Positions 9,358-18,731 of a stretch of 64,000 nt of DNA are shown here, in pieces. The position numbers and the translations under genes are program-made. The stretch's first letter is position 1. Each line of letters starts with the position of its first letter. The notes below the pieces were generated by a model, which was not told the origin of the DNA, did no database searches, and worked only from the letters and a program-made list of their open reading frames with translations. The stretch covers positions 32,001 to 96,000 of the forward strand of contig JAZAMN010000016.1 of NCBI GenBank assembly GCA_036229005.1. The letters run 5' to 3'. This stretch comes from Myxococcota bacterium (GTDB taxonomy: Bacteria > Myxococcota_A > UBA796 > CAJQPC01).

Positions 9358-11583
9358 TCACTCGCAGAAGCTGCCCAGCCCCACCACTGCGCTGTTGTCC
9401 TTCTCGTCGCACTCCTTGGCCGCACCCCAGCCCGAGGAGCCGGCGCGGTCGGGGTCGTCGATGACGGCCACGAGCTTGTCGTAGCTGGCCCAGTCGGCCA
9501 CCTCGAAGCGGATGCCGGAGGTGAGCTCACCGGGGCCGATGTCCACGGGCACGGTGTAGGTGTCGATCAGGATGTCGACGCCGCCGCTGCGGCCGTAGAG
9601 GGAGAGCAGCGCGCCGCCGGAGACGGTGATGTAGGCGCCCTCGTTGGCGATCTGGACGTCCAGCACGACGGGCTCACCGCAGGCGGCCTGGCAGGTGCTG
9701 GTCTCCAGGTACAGGTTGGGGGCGGCCTTGGCGCCGAACTCCCCGGGGGCCTGCTGGCGGAAGGAGTTCAGGTCGTCGGAGTCGTAGGGCGCGTAGTTGG
9801 GGGACGCGGTGCCGACGGTGCCGTCCTGGTCGATGTTGTTGACGTAGTAGGCGTGCTGGTTCCAGTGGGGGCGGGCGCTGACCCAGTCGTCGTCCGCGGC
9901 GCCGAGCACGTAGATGCCGTAGGCGTCCTCGTCGTCGGGGCTGGGGGAGTTGACGGCCACGATCTCGGCCTTGCCGTCGGCGTCGACGTCGGCGACCAGG
10001 GGGTACTCGTGGATGGTCCAGGAGTGGTGGTTCTCGTCCTCCAGCACGGTGACGAAGCGCTCCCAGGGGTCCAGGCCGGCGCTGGCGTCGATCTGCCAGA
10101 CGTAGACGGCGTACTCGTCGGAGAACACGACCTCGGCCTGCTCGTCGCCGTTGAAGTCGAACACGGTGCCGCCGGTGCTGGCCGAGCTCCAGTCCTTGGT
10201 GGGGGCCATGGCGTAGCGCTCGAGCTGGCCGCCGCTGACGTCGTAGACGGTGTAGTAGCAGGCGCCGGAGACGCCGACCTCGGGCTTGCCGTCGCCGTCG
10301 AAGTCCGCGATGGTGGGCTGGCCGCCGAAGCTGCGCCGGGTCTCGTCGCAGGAGTAGGGGTGCGTGGGCAGGCCCAGGGACTCGGTGAAGGGGTCGTTGG
10401 AGATGGTCGAGACGGCCTGGCACACCCCGTTGCTGTCCGGGGCGCCCTTGTACAGGGAGACGCTCTGGTTGCCGGAGAGGATGATCTCGGGCACGCCGTC
10501 CTTGGACATCAGGTCGGCCACGGCGGGGTAGCCGTCCTCGGCCTCCACGAAGCTGGAGCCGGAGCCGCGGCCCAGGCGGCAGTAGAGGGAGCCGTCGGCG
10601 TTGTAGACGCTGTTGCCGGCCACGACCTCGAGCTCCAGGCCGTCGCCGTCCATGTCGTAGGCGAAGGCGTGGTAGCCGCTGTTCCAGTAGCCCTCGACGC
10701 CCACCATCCAGGCGTTGTACCAGGCCGCGCCGTAGCCGCCGGTCCACAGCAGGCTCATGTCCCGGCCGTCGTAGACGCCGTCGCCCAGGATGACCTCGAC
10801 GTTGCCGTCGGCGTCCAGGTCGGCCAGCGCGGGGGCGTGGGACTGGCACCAGATCTTCTCGTCGGAGACCGCCTCCAGGCTGATCTTCCCGCTCTTGGAC
10901 ACCTCGTAGGTGGCCGCCATGCAGTTGGCGTCGTTGCCGTTGACGCGGCCCTCCTCGTCCATCACCACGGTGGCGATCTCGGTGAGGCCGTCGCCGTCCA
11001 GGTCGGCCATGGCCACGCCGGCGAAGATGTAGGGGGCGACCTGCTCGCCGTTCCAGGTGCTCCAGAGGGTGGAGTCGTGGACCTTGCTGCCATCGCCGGA
11101 GATCAGGCGCAGGGTGGAGCGCTTGGCGTCGGCGCTGGTCTCGTCCAGCTCGTCGCCCATGAGCACGGCGATGTCGGGGGTGTCGGATTCGCTGACCACG
11201 CCGTCGCCGTCGTCGTCGGTGGCCTGGCCGACGGCGGGGGACTGGAACACGCCGCGGTGCGACTCCGACTCGGTGAAGGTGTAGGCGGGCACGGTGCTGC
11301 CGCTGGCGGGATCCACGATGGCGTGGGTCATGGCCCACTCGACGGTGGCCGAGAAGGGCAGGCCGCTGGGCTCCGGCTCGTAGCTGCAGTCGCTCAGGGT
11401 GCTGACGCTGCCCGCGCTGGGCGGGGCGGGGCACTCATCGGCGGGATCGCCGGTGTCATCGGGGTTCCCGGTGTCGTCCACGGGCTGGGTGTCCCCGCTG
11501 CCGGTGTCGTCGGCCAGGTTGGGGTCGCCCCCGCGGTCATTGAAGCGGTTGCTGCAGGCCAACAGGAGCAACAGGGCGGTCAT
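9358..11583 (-). CDS. FG-GAP/VCBS beta-propeller lipoprotein with C-terminal CARDB-like Ig domain
   Basis: Start MTALLLLLAC at 11583 after GGAG. Repeats ADLDGDGLTEI, ADFDGDGKPEV and FDFNGDEQAEVV; WNQHAY motif; C-terminal IANEG...ECDEKDN. Confidence 0.85.
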   Translation of the reverse strand: MTALLLLLACSNRFNDRGGDPNLADDTGSGDTQPVDDTGNPDDTGDPADECPAPPSAGSVSTLSDCSYEPEPSGLPFSATVEWAMTHAIVDPASGSTVPAYTFTESESHRGVFQSPAVGQATDDDGDGVVSESDTPDIAVLMGDELDETSADAKRSTLRLISGDGSKVHDSTLWSTWNGEQVAPYIFAGVAMADLDGDGLTEIATVVMDEEGRVNGNDANCMAATYEVSKSGKISLEAVSDEKIWCQSHAPALADLDADGNVEVILGDGVYDGRDMSLLWTGGYGAAWYNAWMVGVEGYWNSGYHAFAYDMDGDGLELEVVAGNSVYNADGSLYCRLGRGSGSSFVEAEDGYPAVADLMSKDGVPEIILSGNQSVSLYKGAPDSNGVCQAVSTISNDPFTESLGLPTHPYSCDETRRSFGGQPTIADFDGDGKPEVGVSGACYYTVYDVSGGQLERYAMAPTKDWSSASTGGTVFDFNGDEQAEVVFSDEYAVYVWQIDASAGLDPWERFVTVLEDENHHSWTIHEYPLVADVDADGKAEIVAVNSPSPDDEDAYGIYVLGAADDDWVSARPHWNQHAYYVNNIDQDGTVGTASPNYAPYDSDDLNSFRQQAPGEFGAKAAPNLYLETSTCQAACGEPVVLDVQIANEGAYITVSGGALLSLYGRSGGVDILIDTYTVPVDIGPGELTSGIRFEVADWASYDKLVAVIDDPDRAGSSGWGAAKECDEKDNSAVVGLGSFCE

Positions 11584-11767
11584 GGGAACTCCGGGAAGAG
11601 ATCGGCCGTATACCCGCTTGATCCGGGATCCGCCCGTACAAGCGCGCGGGAACGCGCCGCGGCGTCGACCCGCCGACCGTGCGGAGTTCTCCGCATGGGG
11701 GCCAACTGTCACCCTTGCGTAAGCGCAAGTTCGGCTAAACGGGGCCCAGTCTGCGCTAAGGTCCAAT

Positions 11768-13462
11768 GTGATGAACCAGAAGTCCCCCCAGACCCGGCTC
11801 TCCCGCCTGGGCCTGAGCTCCCCCGAGGAGCTGGGGCGGGTGGGCTTTGCCCTGGGATTCTCGGGGCTTGTGGGCATCGCCATGGCCGCCGGGCCGCAGC
11901 CGCTCTCGGACCTGCTGGCCGGGCCCCTCAGCGCGGGCGAGCACCCCCAGGTGATCGTCGTCTCCATGGACGGCGCGCAGGGGATCGTGGACTGGCAGGA
12001 GACCGCCGACCGCGCCCGAGCCATCGGCGTGCCCGTGGTCGCCGCCGTACACCCCCCCGCGGGGCAGCTCAACGCCCAGGGCCTGGACCCCATGCTGGAC
12101 GTCCAGGACGACCTGGGTCTGAGCCCCGGCTGGGACGGCACCCACCGCACCTGGCGCGCCGCCCAGGGCAACCGCGCCACCTTCCCCGCGCGCATCCGCT
12201 GGGCCGCCGGGGAGCCCGTCTCCGGACGCCTGCAGCTCGGTGGGGACGCCCCCGCGACCCTGCACTACAGCCACCTGCCCTACCTGGCCCCCGAGTCCCT
12301 GGGTGACGCGATCGTCCTGCTGGGCGAGACCGACCCCTGGGTGGCGCCCATGGTCCAGACCGCGTTCGGGGAGCTCCCCCTGGTCGAGGTCGTCTCCCGC
12401 GCCGTGGCCTCCCCCGAACAGGCCCCGGCCAACGCGGGCTGGGTGGCGCTGCTCTCCGCGCTCGTGGGGCTCTTTGGCGCCCTCTCCGTGGTCTCGACGA
12501 GGCGGCTCCAGATGGCCGCAGCAGGTGGGCTCACCGCCTTGGCTGGCTCGGCCTCCGCGCTGGCGTTGGGCTCCTGGCTCCCCGTCGAGGCCCTGCTGAG
12601 CGCGGGCATCACCGGCGCCTCCGTGGCCGGGCTGCTGCTCTGGTCCCGCCACCACCTGGACTTCGTGTCCCTGGTGGACCGCGCCATCTGGACCCTCAAC
12701 GTCCAGCCCTCCCGCTCCCAGGTCGAAGAGAGCTGGCTGGAGCTGGCCGTCGCCGCCGTCGAGCTGGGCGTGGCCTCGGAGGCCTACGTGATGGAGGGCC
12801 AGGGCGACGCCGCCACTCTCCAGGCCGCCGCCGACCGCCGCGGCGTGCTGCGCATCGACCGCCTGCCCCCGCCCTTCCCCGACCCCCTGGTCATGCGCCT
12901 GCCCCTCTACGCGGGCCGCCAGGGCCAGCTCGTGATGCGGCGGGCCCCCGGCGCCGCCACCGAGCTGCGCGCCCTGCGCACCCTGGCCGCCCACCAGGCC
13001 CGCGCCCTGGGGGAGCAGCCCGAGCGCTTCAACCGCGACAAGGGCTACCTGGCCCAGGGCGTCGCGATGGTCGAGGCCGCCTTCGACAGCCTGCTCCAGC
13101 GCAACCGCGGCCTCTCCGGCGCGGTGGCCTCCGGGGTCGGCGCGCGCGCCCTCTTCGATCCCCTGGGGCGCCTGGTCCAGTCCGATGCCCGCATCGAGGC
13201 CGTGATCTTCCCCCAGGGCCGCCCCATGAACCCATCCCTGGTGCAGGTCTGGACCGCCCTGGGCGGCGCCGGCTACGACGTGTCCGAGGTCCTCACCGGC
13301 GGCAGCACCCGCCGCCTGGTCCTGGCCGATGGCGGCCTGCTGGCCCTCTCGGCCGTGTTGGACGGACACCGCCTGCGCGGCATGCTGCTGGAGTACCTCC
13401 CGGCCCAGGACGCCCCGGCCGCGCAGCCCTCCACCCAGCGGGCGAGCTTCCGCAAGCGCTGA
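11768..13462 (+). CDS. CHASE2-like membrane sensor with no recognisable output domain
   Basis: N-terminal TM; AIVLLGETDPWVAPMVQTAFGELPLVEVV resembles the CHASE2 C-terminal motif; three TMs follow; cytoplasmic PAS-like ALFDPLGRLVQSD. Confidence 0.55.
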   Translation: MMNQKSPQTRLSRLGLSSPEELGRVGFALGFSGLVGIAMAAGPQPLSDLLAGPLSAGEHPQVIVVSMDGAQGIVDWQETADRARAIGVPVVAAVHPPAGQLNAQGLDPMLDVQDDLGLSPGWDGTHRTWRAAQGNRATFPARIRWAAGEPVSGRLQLGGDAPATLHYSHLPYLAPESLGDAIVLLGETDPWVAPMVQTAFGELPLVEVVSRAVASPEQAPANAGWVALLSALVGLFGALSVVSTRRLQMAAAGGLTALAGSASALALGSWLPVEALLSAGITGASVAGLLLWSRHHLDFVSLVDRAIWTLNVQPSRSQVEESWLELAVAAVELGVASEAYVMEGQGDAATLQAAADRRGVLRIDRLPPPFPDPLVMRLPLYAGRQGQLVMRRAPGAATELRALRTLAAHQARALGEQPERFNRDKGYLAQGVAMVEAAFDSLLQRNRGLSGAVASGVGARALFDPLGRLVQSDARIEAVIFPQGRPMNPSLVQVWTALGGAGYDVSEVLTGGSTRRLVLADGGLLALSAVLDGHRLRGMLLEYLPAQDAPAAQPSTQRASFRKR

Positions 13463-13503
13463 GCGCACCGGGCGCCTGAGTCCCCGCAAGGCTAAACGGC
13501 TGC

Positions 13504-16323
13504 ATGTTCTCCATCTTTCCCGCCGCGCTGGTGGACAACAGCCTGCTGACCGCGGTGCTGGTGGGGGTGGTGCTGCTGTGGTGGATGGCCGAGCGCTTTG
13601 GCTGGCCGGCCACCGGCCTGGTCGTTCCCGGCTACGTCGGCGCCGTGCTCTGCACCCGCCCCGAGGCGGCCCTGGTCATCCTGCTGGAGTCGGTGATCAC
13701 CTACGGCGTGGCCCACCTGGTGGGGCGCCTGCTGCCCCGGTGGCTGCCCTGGGACCGCAGCTTCGGACGCGACCGCTTCTTCCTGATCATCCTGGCCTCC
13801 ATCGCCGTGCGCGTGCTGGTGGAGGGCGAGTTCGGCCAGGGTCTCCTCGCTGGCACCGGGCTGTCCCTGTCCCAGGGCTGGCACTCCCTGGGCCTGGTGT
13901 TGGTCCCCCTGACCGCGAACGCCTTCTGGAAGCCTGGCCTCGGCCGCGGCCTGCCCCTGGTCGTGCTGCCCACGCTGGTGGTCTACGCCCTGCTGCGCTT
14001 CGTGCTGCTGCCGTTGACCAACCTGGACTTCGCCCAGTTCGAGCTCACCTACGAGGACCTGCGCTTCTCCTTTCTGGAGGCCCCGCGCGAGTACGTGATG
14101 GTGCTGCTGGGTACGCTGATCGCCTCCCACGCCACCAACCGCTACGGCTGGGACTTCGGCGGCATCATCGTCTGCGGCCTGCTGGCCATCTCCTGGCTGA
14201 CGCCGGCCAAGCTGGTCGCCACCCTGGCCGAGGTGACCCTGGTCGTGTTCCTGCTGCGGGGGCTCACGCGCTTCTCCCCGCTGCGCTCCGCGAACCTGAC
14301 CGGCCTGCGCCCCATCGTGCTGGCCTTCGCCCTCAGCTACCTGGTCAAGCTGGTGGTGGCCTGGATCTTCCAAGGCACCTGGCCCGGCTTCCGCATCGGC
14401 GAGGTGTTCGGCTTCGGCTACCTGCTGCCGGCCATCATCTCGGTGCGCGTGTACCGCTACAAGGGCTTCGCGCGCGTGCTCGTGCCGGCGCTGGGCATCT
14501 CCCTGGTGGCCTTCATCCTGGGCCAGGCCCTGGGCATCGTGGTCGTGGAGCTGCGCGGCGGCGACCTGCCCGAGCAGGAGCAGCACCTGGCGTCCTCCCG
14601 CGCCCTGCCGGCGACCCAGGCCCTGCACCAGCACCTGGTCCCGCCGCCCGCCTCCCCCCTGCGCGTCGACAACGAGCTGAGCATCGCCCTGAGCGCCGCC
14701 CGGTCCGGCCGCGGGTGGAGCGGGGAGCAGCTCGAGGTCCAAGCCCTGGAGGGCGGCGCGCTGCTGCACTCGGGGGACAGCGGGGCGGCCGGGGTGGCCT
14801 GGTTCCGTCCCAAGGCATCGGGCGGGCTGGAGCTGGTGGTCCCAGACGCTGTGCGCACGCCGGGCCTGGCCGAGGCGGCTGTCGCAGTGGCGGAGACCCT
14901 GGATGCCGAGCTGGTCCTGCTCTCTCCCAGCGAGGATCTACAACGTCAGGCCCATCGGCGCGGTCGCCTGGTGATGGAGCTGCGCGCAGGCGAGGCCACC
15001 GAGCTGCTGGCCAACAAGCAGCTCCCGCAGGAGCTCGACCTGGCGGCGCTGACGCGCCTGGTCCCCCAGCCAAACACCCGCTTTGACCTGGACTCCGGAG
15101 CGCTCGATCTGGCCCTGAGCCTGTCGGAGGCCGACCGCCTGCGTCTGGCGCTGGAGTCGGGCAGCTCCCGCTACGTGGGCTCGGGTCGCGGAGCGCTCTG
15201 GGACCCCGAGAGCGGCCCGCGGCCCACCGAGCACGACCCCCGCGGCGGCCTCGAGGTCGGGCAGCTCGCCCTGCTGGAGCGCGGGGTGCTGCGCCCCATC
15301 CTGCTGGCCATGCAGGGCGGGGATCCGGGCTGGCTGCGGGTGGCCTCGTCGCACGCAGAGGCCCTGGGGTTGGTGCTCCAGGACGACGGCGAGGTGGTGA
15401 GCCTGGCCCCCCAGGACAGCACCGAGCCCCCTCGCTTCACGCTCTACCTGCGGCGCGGCGGAGAGCCCCTGGCGATCGAGGTCCGCTCGGCCGGCCGCCA
15501 CAGCAACGCAGACAAGGTGGGGCTGGGCTGGTGGGGCCAGTCGGACGCGATGGCGCTGCTGGTGCACGACTCGCGGGCGGATCTGGACGCCGCCGCGACC
15601 ACCCGGGCGGGGGCCTTCGCGCCGGAGCTGGCGGTGCTGCTGACCCTGACCCGCGAGCTCCCGGGGCTGCAGGTGCTGGCCCTGACGGCCGCGCGGGAGG
15701 ACGAGGTCCCCGGCGCCCAGGCGGTGGTCTCCCTGGGGCGCCCGGTGCTGCCGGTCTATGACGCGGCCACGGAGCTGATGTGGACGGCGCGCGGGCTGGT
15801 GCACCACGCGGGCGGGCGCAGCGCCTGGTACGACGCGGACGTGCAGCGCATCCGCTTCTACGACCCGGCCAACCCCCGGCGGGACGCGGTGCGTGCGGCG
15901 GGCGGTGAGTACGTCACGGTGTACCTGGACCCGGTGTTCCGCCTCCGCTACGCGGGGATCGAGCCGGACAGCCCCCTGCGGGCGATGCTGGACCACGCGG
16001 GGATCCCGGTGTCCCAGGGCAGCCTGGAGCAGGCGCTGCGGGGACTGGAGCAGCCGATCGATGCGGTGTTCGGGCCCAGCCTGTCCTCGCTGGTGGCGCT
16101 CAGTGCGACGGGACACCCCGAGCACCTCAAGGTCCTGGCGGTGGAGGCGCGATCCCAGGGCATCCAGGTCTCCGCCTTCTTCGACCCCCTCAGCCAGCTC
16201 ACCTACCTGCGCCTGGACAAGGGCGGCGCCACGGTGATCGCGCCGATGGGGCTCAGCGAGGGGAGCGTGGATCCGCGCTTCCTGCCCGGTCCGGAGCTGC
16301 CCACCCAGCGGGGGACGCCATGA
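13504..16323 (+). CDS. capC: Poly-gamma-glutamate biosynthesis PgsC/CapC protein with tandem CapC domains and a large C-terminal extension
   Basis: CapC motifs ERFGWPATGLVVPGYVG, FGRDRF and SLGLVLVPLTAN. A second copy has RYGWDFGGIIVCGLLA, LTGLRP and FGFGYLLPAII. In an operon with capB. Confidence 0.85.
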   Translation: MFSIFPAALVDNSLLTAVLVGVVLLWWMAERFGWPATGLVVPGYVGAVLCTRPEAALVILLESVITYGVAHLVGRLLPRWLPWDRSFGRDRFFLIILASIAVRVLVEGEFGQGLLAGTGLSLSQGWHSLGLVLVPLTANAFWKPGLGRGLPLVVLPTLVVYALLRFVLLPLTNLDFAQFELTYEDLRFSFLEAPREYVMVLLGTLIASHATNRYGWDFGGIIVCGLLAISWLTPAKLVATLAEVTLVVFLLRGLTRFSPLRSANLTGLRPIVLAFALSYLVKLVVAWIFQGTWPGFRIGEVFGFGYLLPAIISVRVYRYKGFARVLVPALGISLVAFILGQALGIVVVELRGGDLPEQEQHLASSRALPATQALHQHLVPPPASPLRVDNELSIALSAARSGRGWSGEQLEVQALEGGALLHSGDSGAAGVAWFRPKASGGLELVVPDAVRTPGLAEAAVAVAETLDAELVLLSPSEDLQRQAHRRGRLVMELRAGEATELLANKQLPQELDLAALTRLVPQPNTRFDLDSGALDLALSLSEADRLRLALESGSSRYVGSGRGALWDPESGPRPTEHDPRGGLEVGQLALLERGVLRPILLAMQGGDPGWLRVASSHAEALGLVLQDDGEVVSLAPQDSTEPPRFTLYLRRGGEPLAIEVRSAGRHSNADKVGLGWWGQSDAMALLVHDSRADLDAAATTRAGAFAPELAVLLTLTRELPGLQVLALTAAREDEVPGAQAVVSLGRPVLPVYDAATELMWTARGLVHHAGGRSAWYDADVQRIRFYDPANPRRDAVRAAGGEYVTVYLDPVFRLRYAGIEPDSPLRAMLDHAGIPVSQGSLEQALRGLEQPIDAVFGPSLSSLVALSATGHPEHLKVLAVEARSQGIQVSAFFDPLSQLTYLRLDKGGATVIAPMGLSEGSVDPRFLPGPELPTQRGTP

Positions 16324-18731
16324 AGCGGCAGCTCCTGGTGGTGGGTTGGGTGCTGCTGATCCTGGCGGTGCTCTGCATGCGCCCCTGGAAGGGGGTCGAG
16401 GACGCGGGCGCCGGCGAGCGGCAGGTGTTCGACGCGCTGGACGCGGGCGACGCGGTGCGCTTCCGGGTGGGGGCGGGGGAGTCGCGGATGCGGGTGCTGG
16501 CGCGCCTGGAGACCCCGGCGCCGGACACCCTGGACGAGTCGCGGACCTGGCGCTTTGGGGTGGGGCTGAGCCTGGAGGGGGGCGGCGTGGAGCACAAGCG
16601 CGTGCACTGGACCCGCTCGCGCCTGACACTGCTGGAGGACGGCACGCCCGCGGCGGTGACCCCGGTGCCGGAGCGGGTGGTGACGGACACGCGCATCCTG
16701 GATCTGGAGCTGGCGCCGCACATGGCCGAGGGCGGCGTGCTGACCCTGCGGGCGGCGGATCTGGAGCCGGGCCAGCGCCTGCTGCTGCGCTCATTTCGGG
16801 AGACACCGCGGAGCCGAGCCGAGCTGGCCGGTGGCGCCCCCGCGTCGGTGCAGGAACGGCTGAGGAGGACCTATCCGCTGCCCTGGCCTGAGCTCACCGC
16901 CCAGGAACGCAGGTGGTACGTGGCCACCAAGCGGCTGACGCTCCCCGCCGAGGAGCTGCTGGGCGCGGAGACCGTGGCGCTGACCCGCTACGCGGAGCCG
17001 TCCATGTCGCCGACCGCGGAGACCTGGGGCTACCGGCTGAACCCCGGCGAGTCGACCGCCGTGAACGTGCGCGGGCCGGCCGTGCTGCGCGTGTGGGCGG
17101 CAGGGGAGCGGGACAAGCACAGCCCCAGCGCGTCCGACCTGCCCATCTCGCTGGTGGACGCGACGGAGGGCGGCCCCGTGGAAGGCGGCGTGCTGGGCAG
17201 CCACCGCGTCGAGGTCCCCGAGGGCGCCCTGTGGAGCCTGCAGTGGCACCGCGGGTGGAACCAGCCGCCGGTCTACCTGAGCTACGAGATCGAGCCGGAT
17301 CAGGGGCAGAGCTGGGGAGAGCCCCCTGGCGCAGGCGCGGCCCAACCCCTGGCACCGGAGCGCCGCCGCCTCACTCTGTGGCGCGTGGGCCCCGAGAGCG
17401 AGGACATCGTGGTGCCCGCCGCAGCCGCCGGCCCCTGGGGGGTGCTCCGGGTGGAGGCGCGCCCGCTGGCCGACGCCGCGTGGAAGGCCCAGCCCGCCGA
17501 GGGTCGCCTGGGCCGCGCGGTCACGCTGCACTGGGAGGCGGTGGACGCCCAGGGGAAGGTGCTGGCCCAGGGGAGCTGGGAGGCGCCCTTTGAGCACGCG
17601 CCCTTCGAGCGCTACGTCGAGGCCGAGGACGAGCCCGTCAGCGAGCCCCACTCCCGCTACCTGCACCACCCCAAGGACGCCGTCGCCCTGCGCTTCTCGG
17701 CCGACGCGCCCGTGGACCTGCGCTTCCACGTGCCCCTGGACGTGCAGCCCAAGCGGGCCCCCGAGTACGCCCTGGAGAGCGCCTGGCGCGGCCGCTACGC
17801 CCCCTGGGAGCTGGCGCCCTACCTGAGCCTCGCGCCCCTGAACGCCGAGACCCTGGCCGCCCAGGACCGGCTCTACCGCCTGGACGCCACCGTGCGCATC
17901 GAGCCCCGCGCCGACCAGAGCGAGGCCAGCCGCTCCGTGTCCGACCTGCGCACCTTCTCGGTGGTGCCCCAGGGCCGCCCCGTCGCCCACCCCATCCTGC
18001 AGCCCGTGCGCCGCGCGGGCCCCTTCAAGCCCCACCACCGCACCCGCATGGGCCGGGTCACCCGCCTGCAGATCCCCGAGAGCGGCGTGGTCCAGGTGGA
18101 CGTGCGCGTGGCCGACCCCGACATCGGCCGGGAGCTCAGCCTCCAGTGCGGCGACAGCCCGGCCCAGAGCCTGCGGCTGTATTCGGGCGGCGGCGTGCTC
18201 ACCTTCTCGGGCCTCTCGCCCGGCGAGCAGGACTGCAGCCTCAGCGGCCCCGAGGGCTTCTTCCTGGCGGACGTGCCCGGCCAGGGCGCGCGCTGGGCCC
18301 GCCGGGATGTCTACCGCGCCGACGCCGGCACCCTGCGCATCCTGACCCAGGTGCGCGACCCCGTCGAGGTGCTCTACGCCCGCGCCTACACCGGCCCCGG
18401 CCGCCCCGCCCCGGTGCTCCACGTCCGGGTCGACGGCGGGGAGCCCGAGCACCAGTCCGGCGTGACCGAGCGCCGCACCCCCGGCGCCCGCGACTACGTG
18501 CCCCCCGAGTCCCGCGGCAGCGCCCGCCTGGTGCACGGCGGCAACCTGGAGGCCTGGTCGGGCATGCCCGTGGTCCTGGGCGACGACCTCTCCCGGGGCG
18601 TCCACGTGGTGGAGTTCAGCGCCACCGCGCCCGACGGTGGCCCCGTCTACCTGCGCTTTGACGGCTCCTGGCAGAGCGGCAGCGCCGAGATCGACACCCA
18701 CTGGGTCGTCGACAGCCCGGAGGACCCGTGA
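16320..18731 (+). CDS. Secreted or membrane-anchored beta-rich hypothetical protein of the cap operon
   Basis: 803 aa with N-terminal signal/anchor; ATGA and GTGA overlaps with both neighbours. Confidence 0.75.
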   Translation: MKRQLLVVGWVLLILAVLCMRPWKGVEDAGAGERQVFDALDAGDAVRFRVGAGESRMRVLARLETPAPDTLDESRTWRFGVGLSLEGGGVEHKRVHWTRSRLTLLEDGTPAAVTPVPERVVTDTRILDLELAPHMAEGGVLTLRAADLEPGQRLLLRSFRETPRSRAELAGGAPASVQERLRRTYPLPWPELTAQERRWYVATKRLTLPAEELLGAETVALTRYAEPSMSPTAETWGYRLNPGESTAVNVRGPAVLRVWAAGERDKHSPSASDLPISLVDATEGGPVEGGVLGSHRVEVPEGALWSLQWHRGWNQPPVYLSYEIEPDQGQSWGEPPGAGAAQPLAPERRRLTLWRVGPESEDIVVPAAAAGPWGVLRVEARPLADAAWKAQPAEGRLGRAVTLHWEAVDAQGKVLAQGSWEAPFEHAPFERYVEAEDEPVSEPHSRYLHHPKDAVALRFSADAPVDLRFHVPLDVQPKRAPEYALESAWRGRYAPWELAPYLSLAPLNAETLAAQDRLYRLDATVRIEPRADQSEASRSVSDLRTFSVVPQGRPVAHPILQPVRRAGPFKPHHRTRMGRVTRLQIPESGVVQVDVRVADPDIGRELSLQCGDSPAQSLRLYSGGGVLTFSGLSPGEQDCSLSGPEGFFLADVPGQGARWARRDVYRADAGTLRILTQVRDPVEVLYARAYTGPGRPAPVLHVRVDGGEPEHQSGVTERRTPGARDYVPPESRGSARLVHGGNLEAWSGMPVVLGDDLSRGVHVVEFSATAPDGGPVYLRFDGSWQSGSAEIDTHWVVDSPEDP

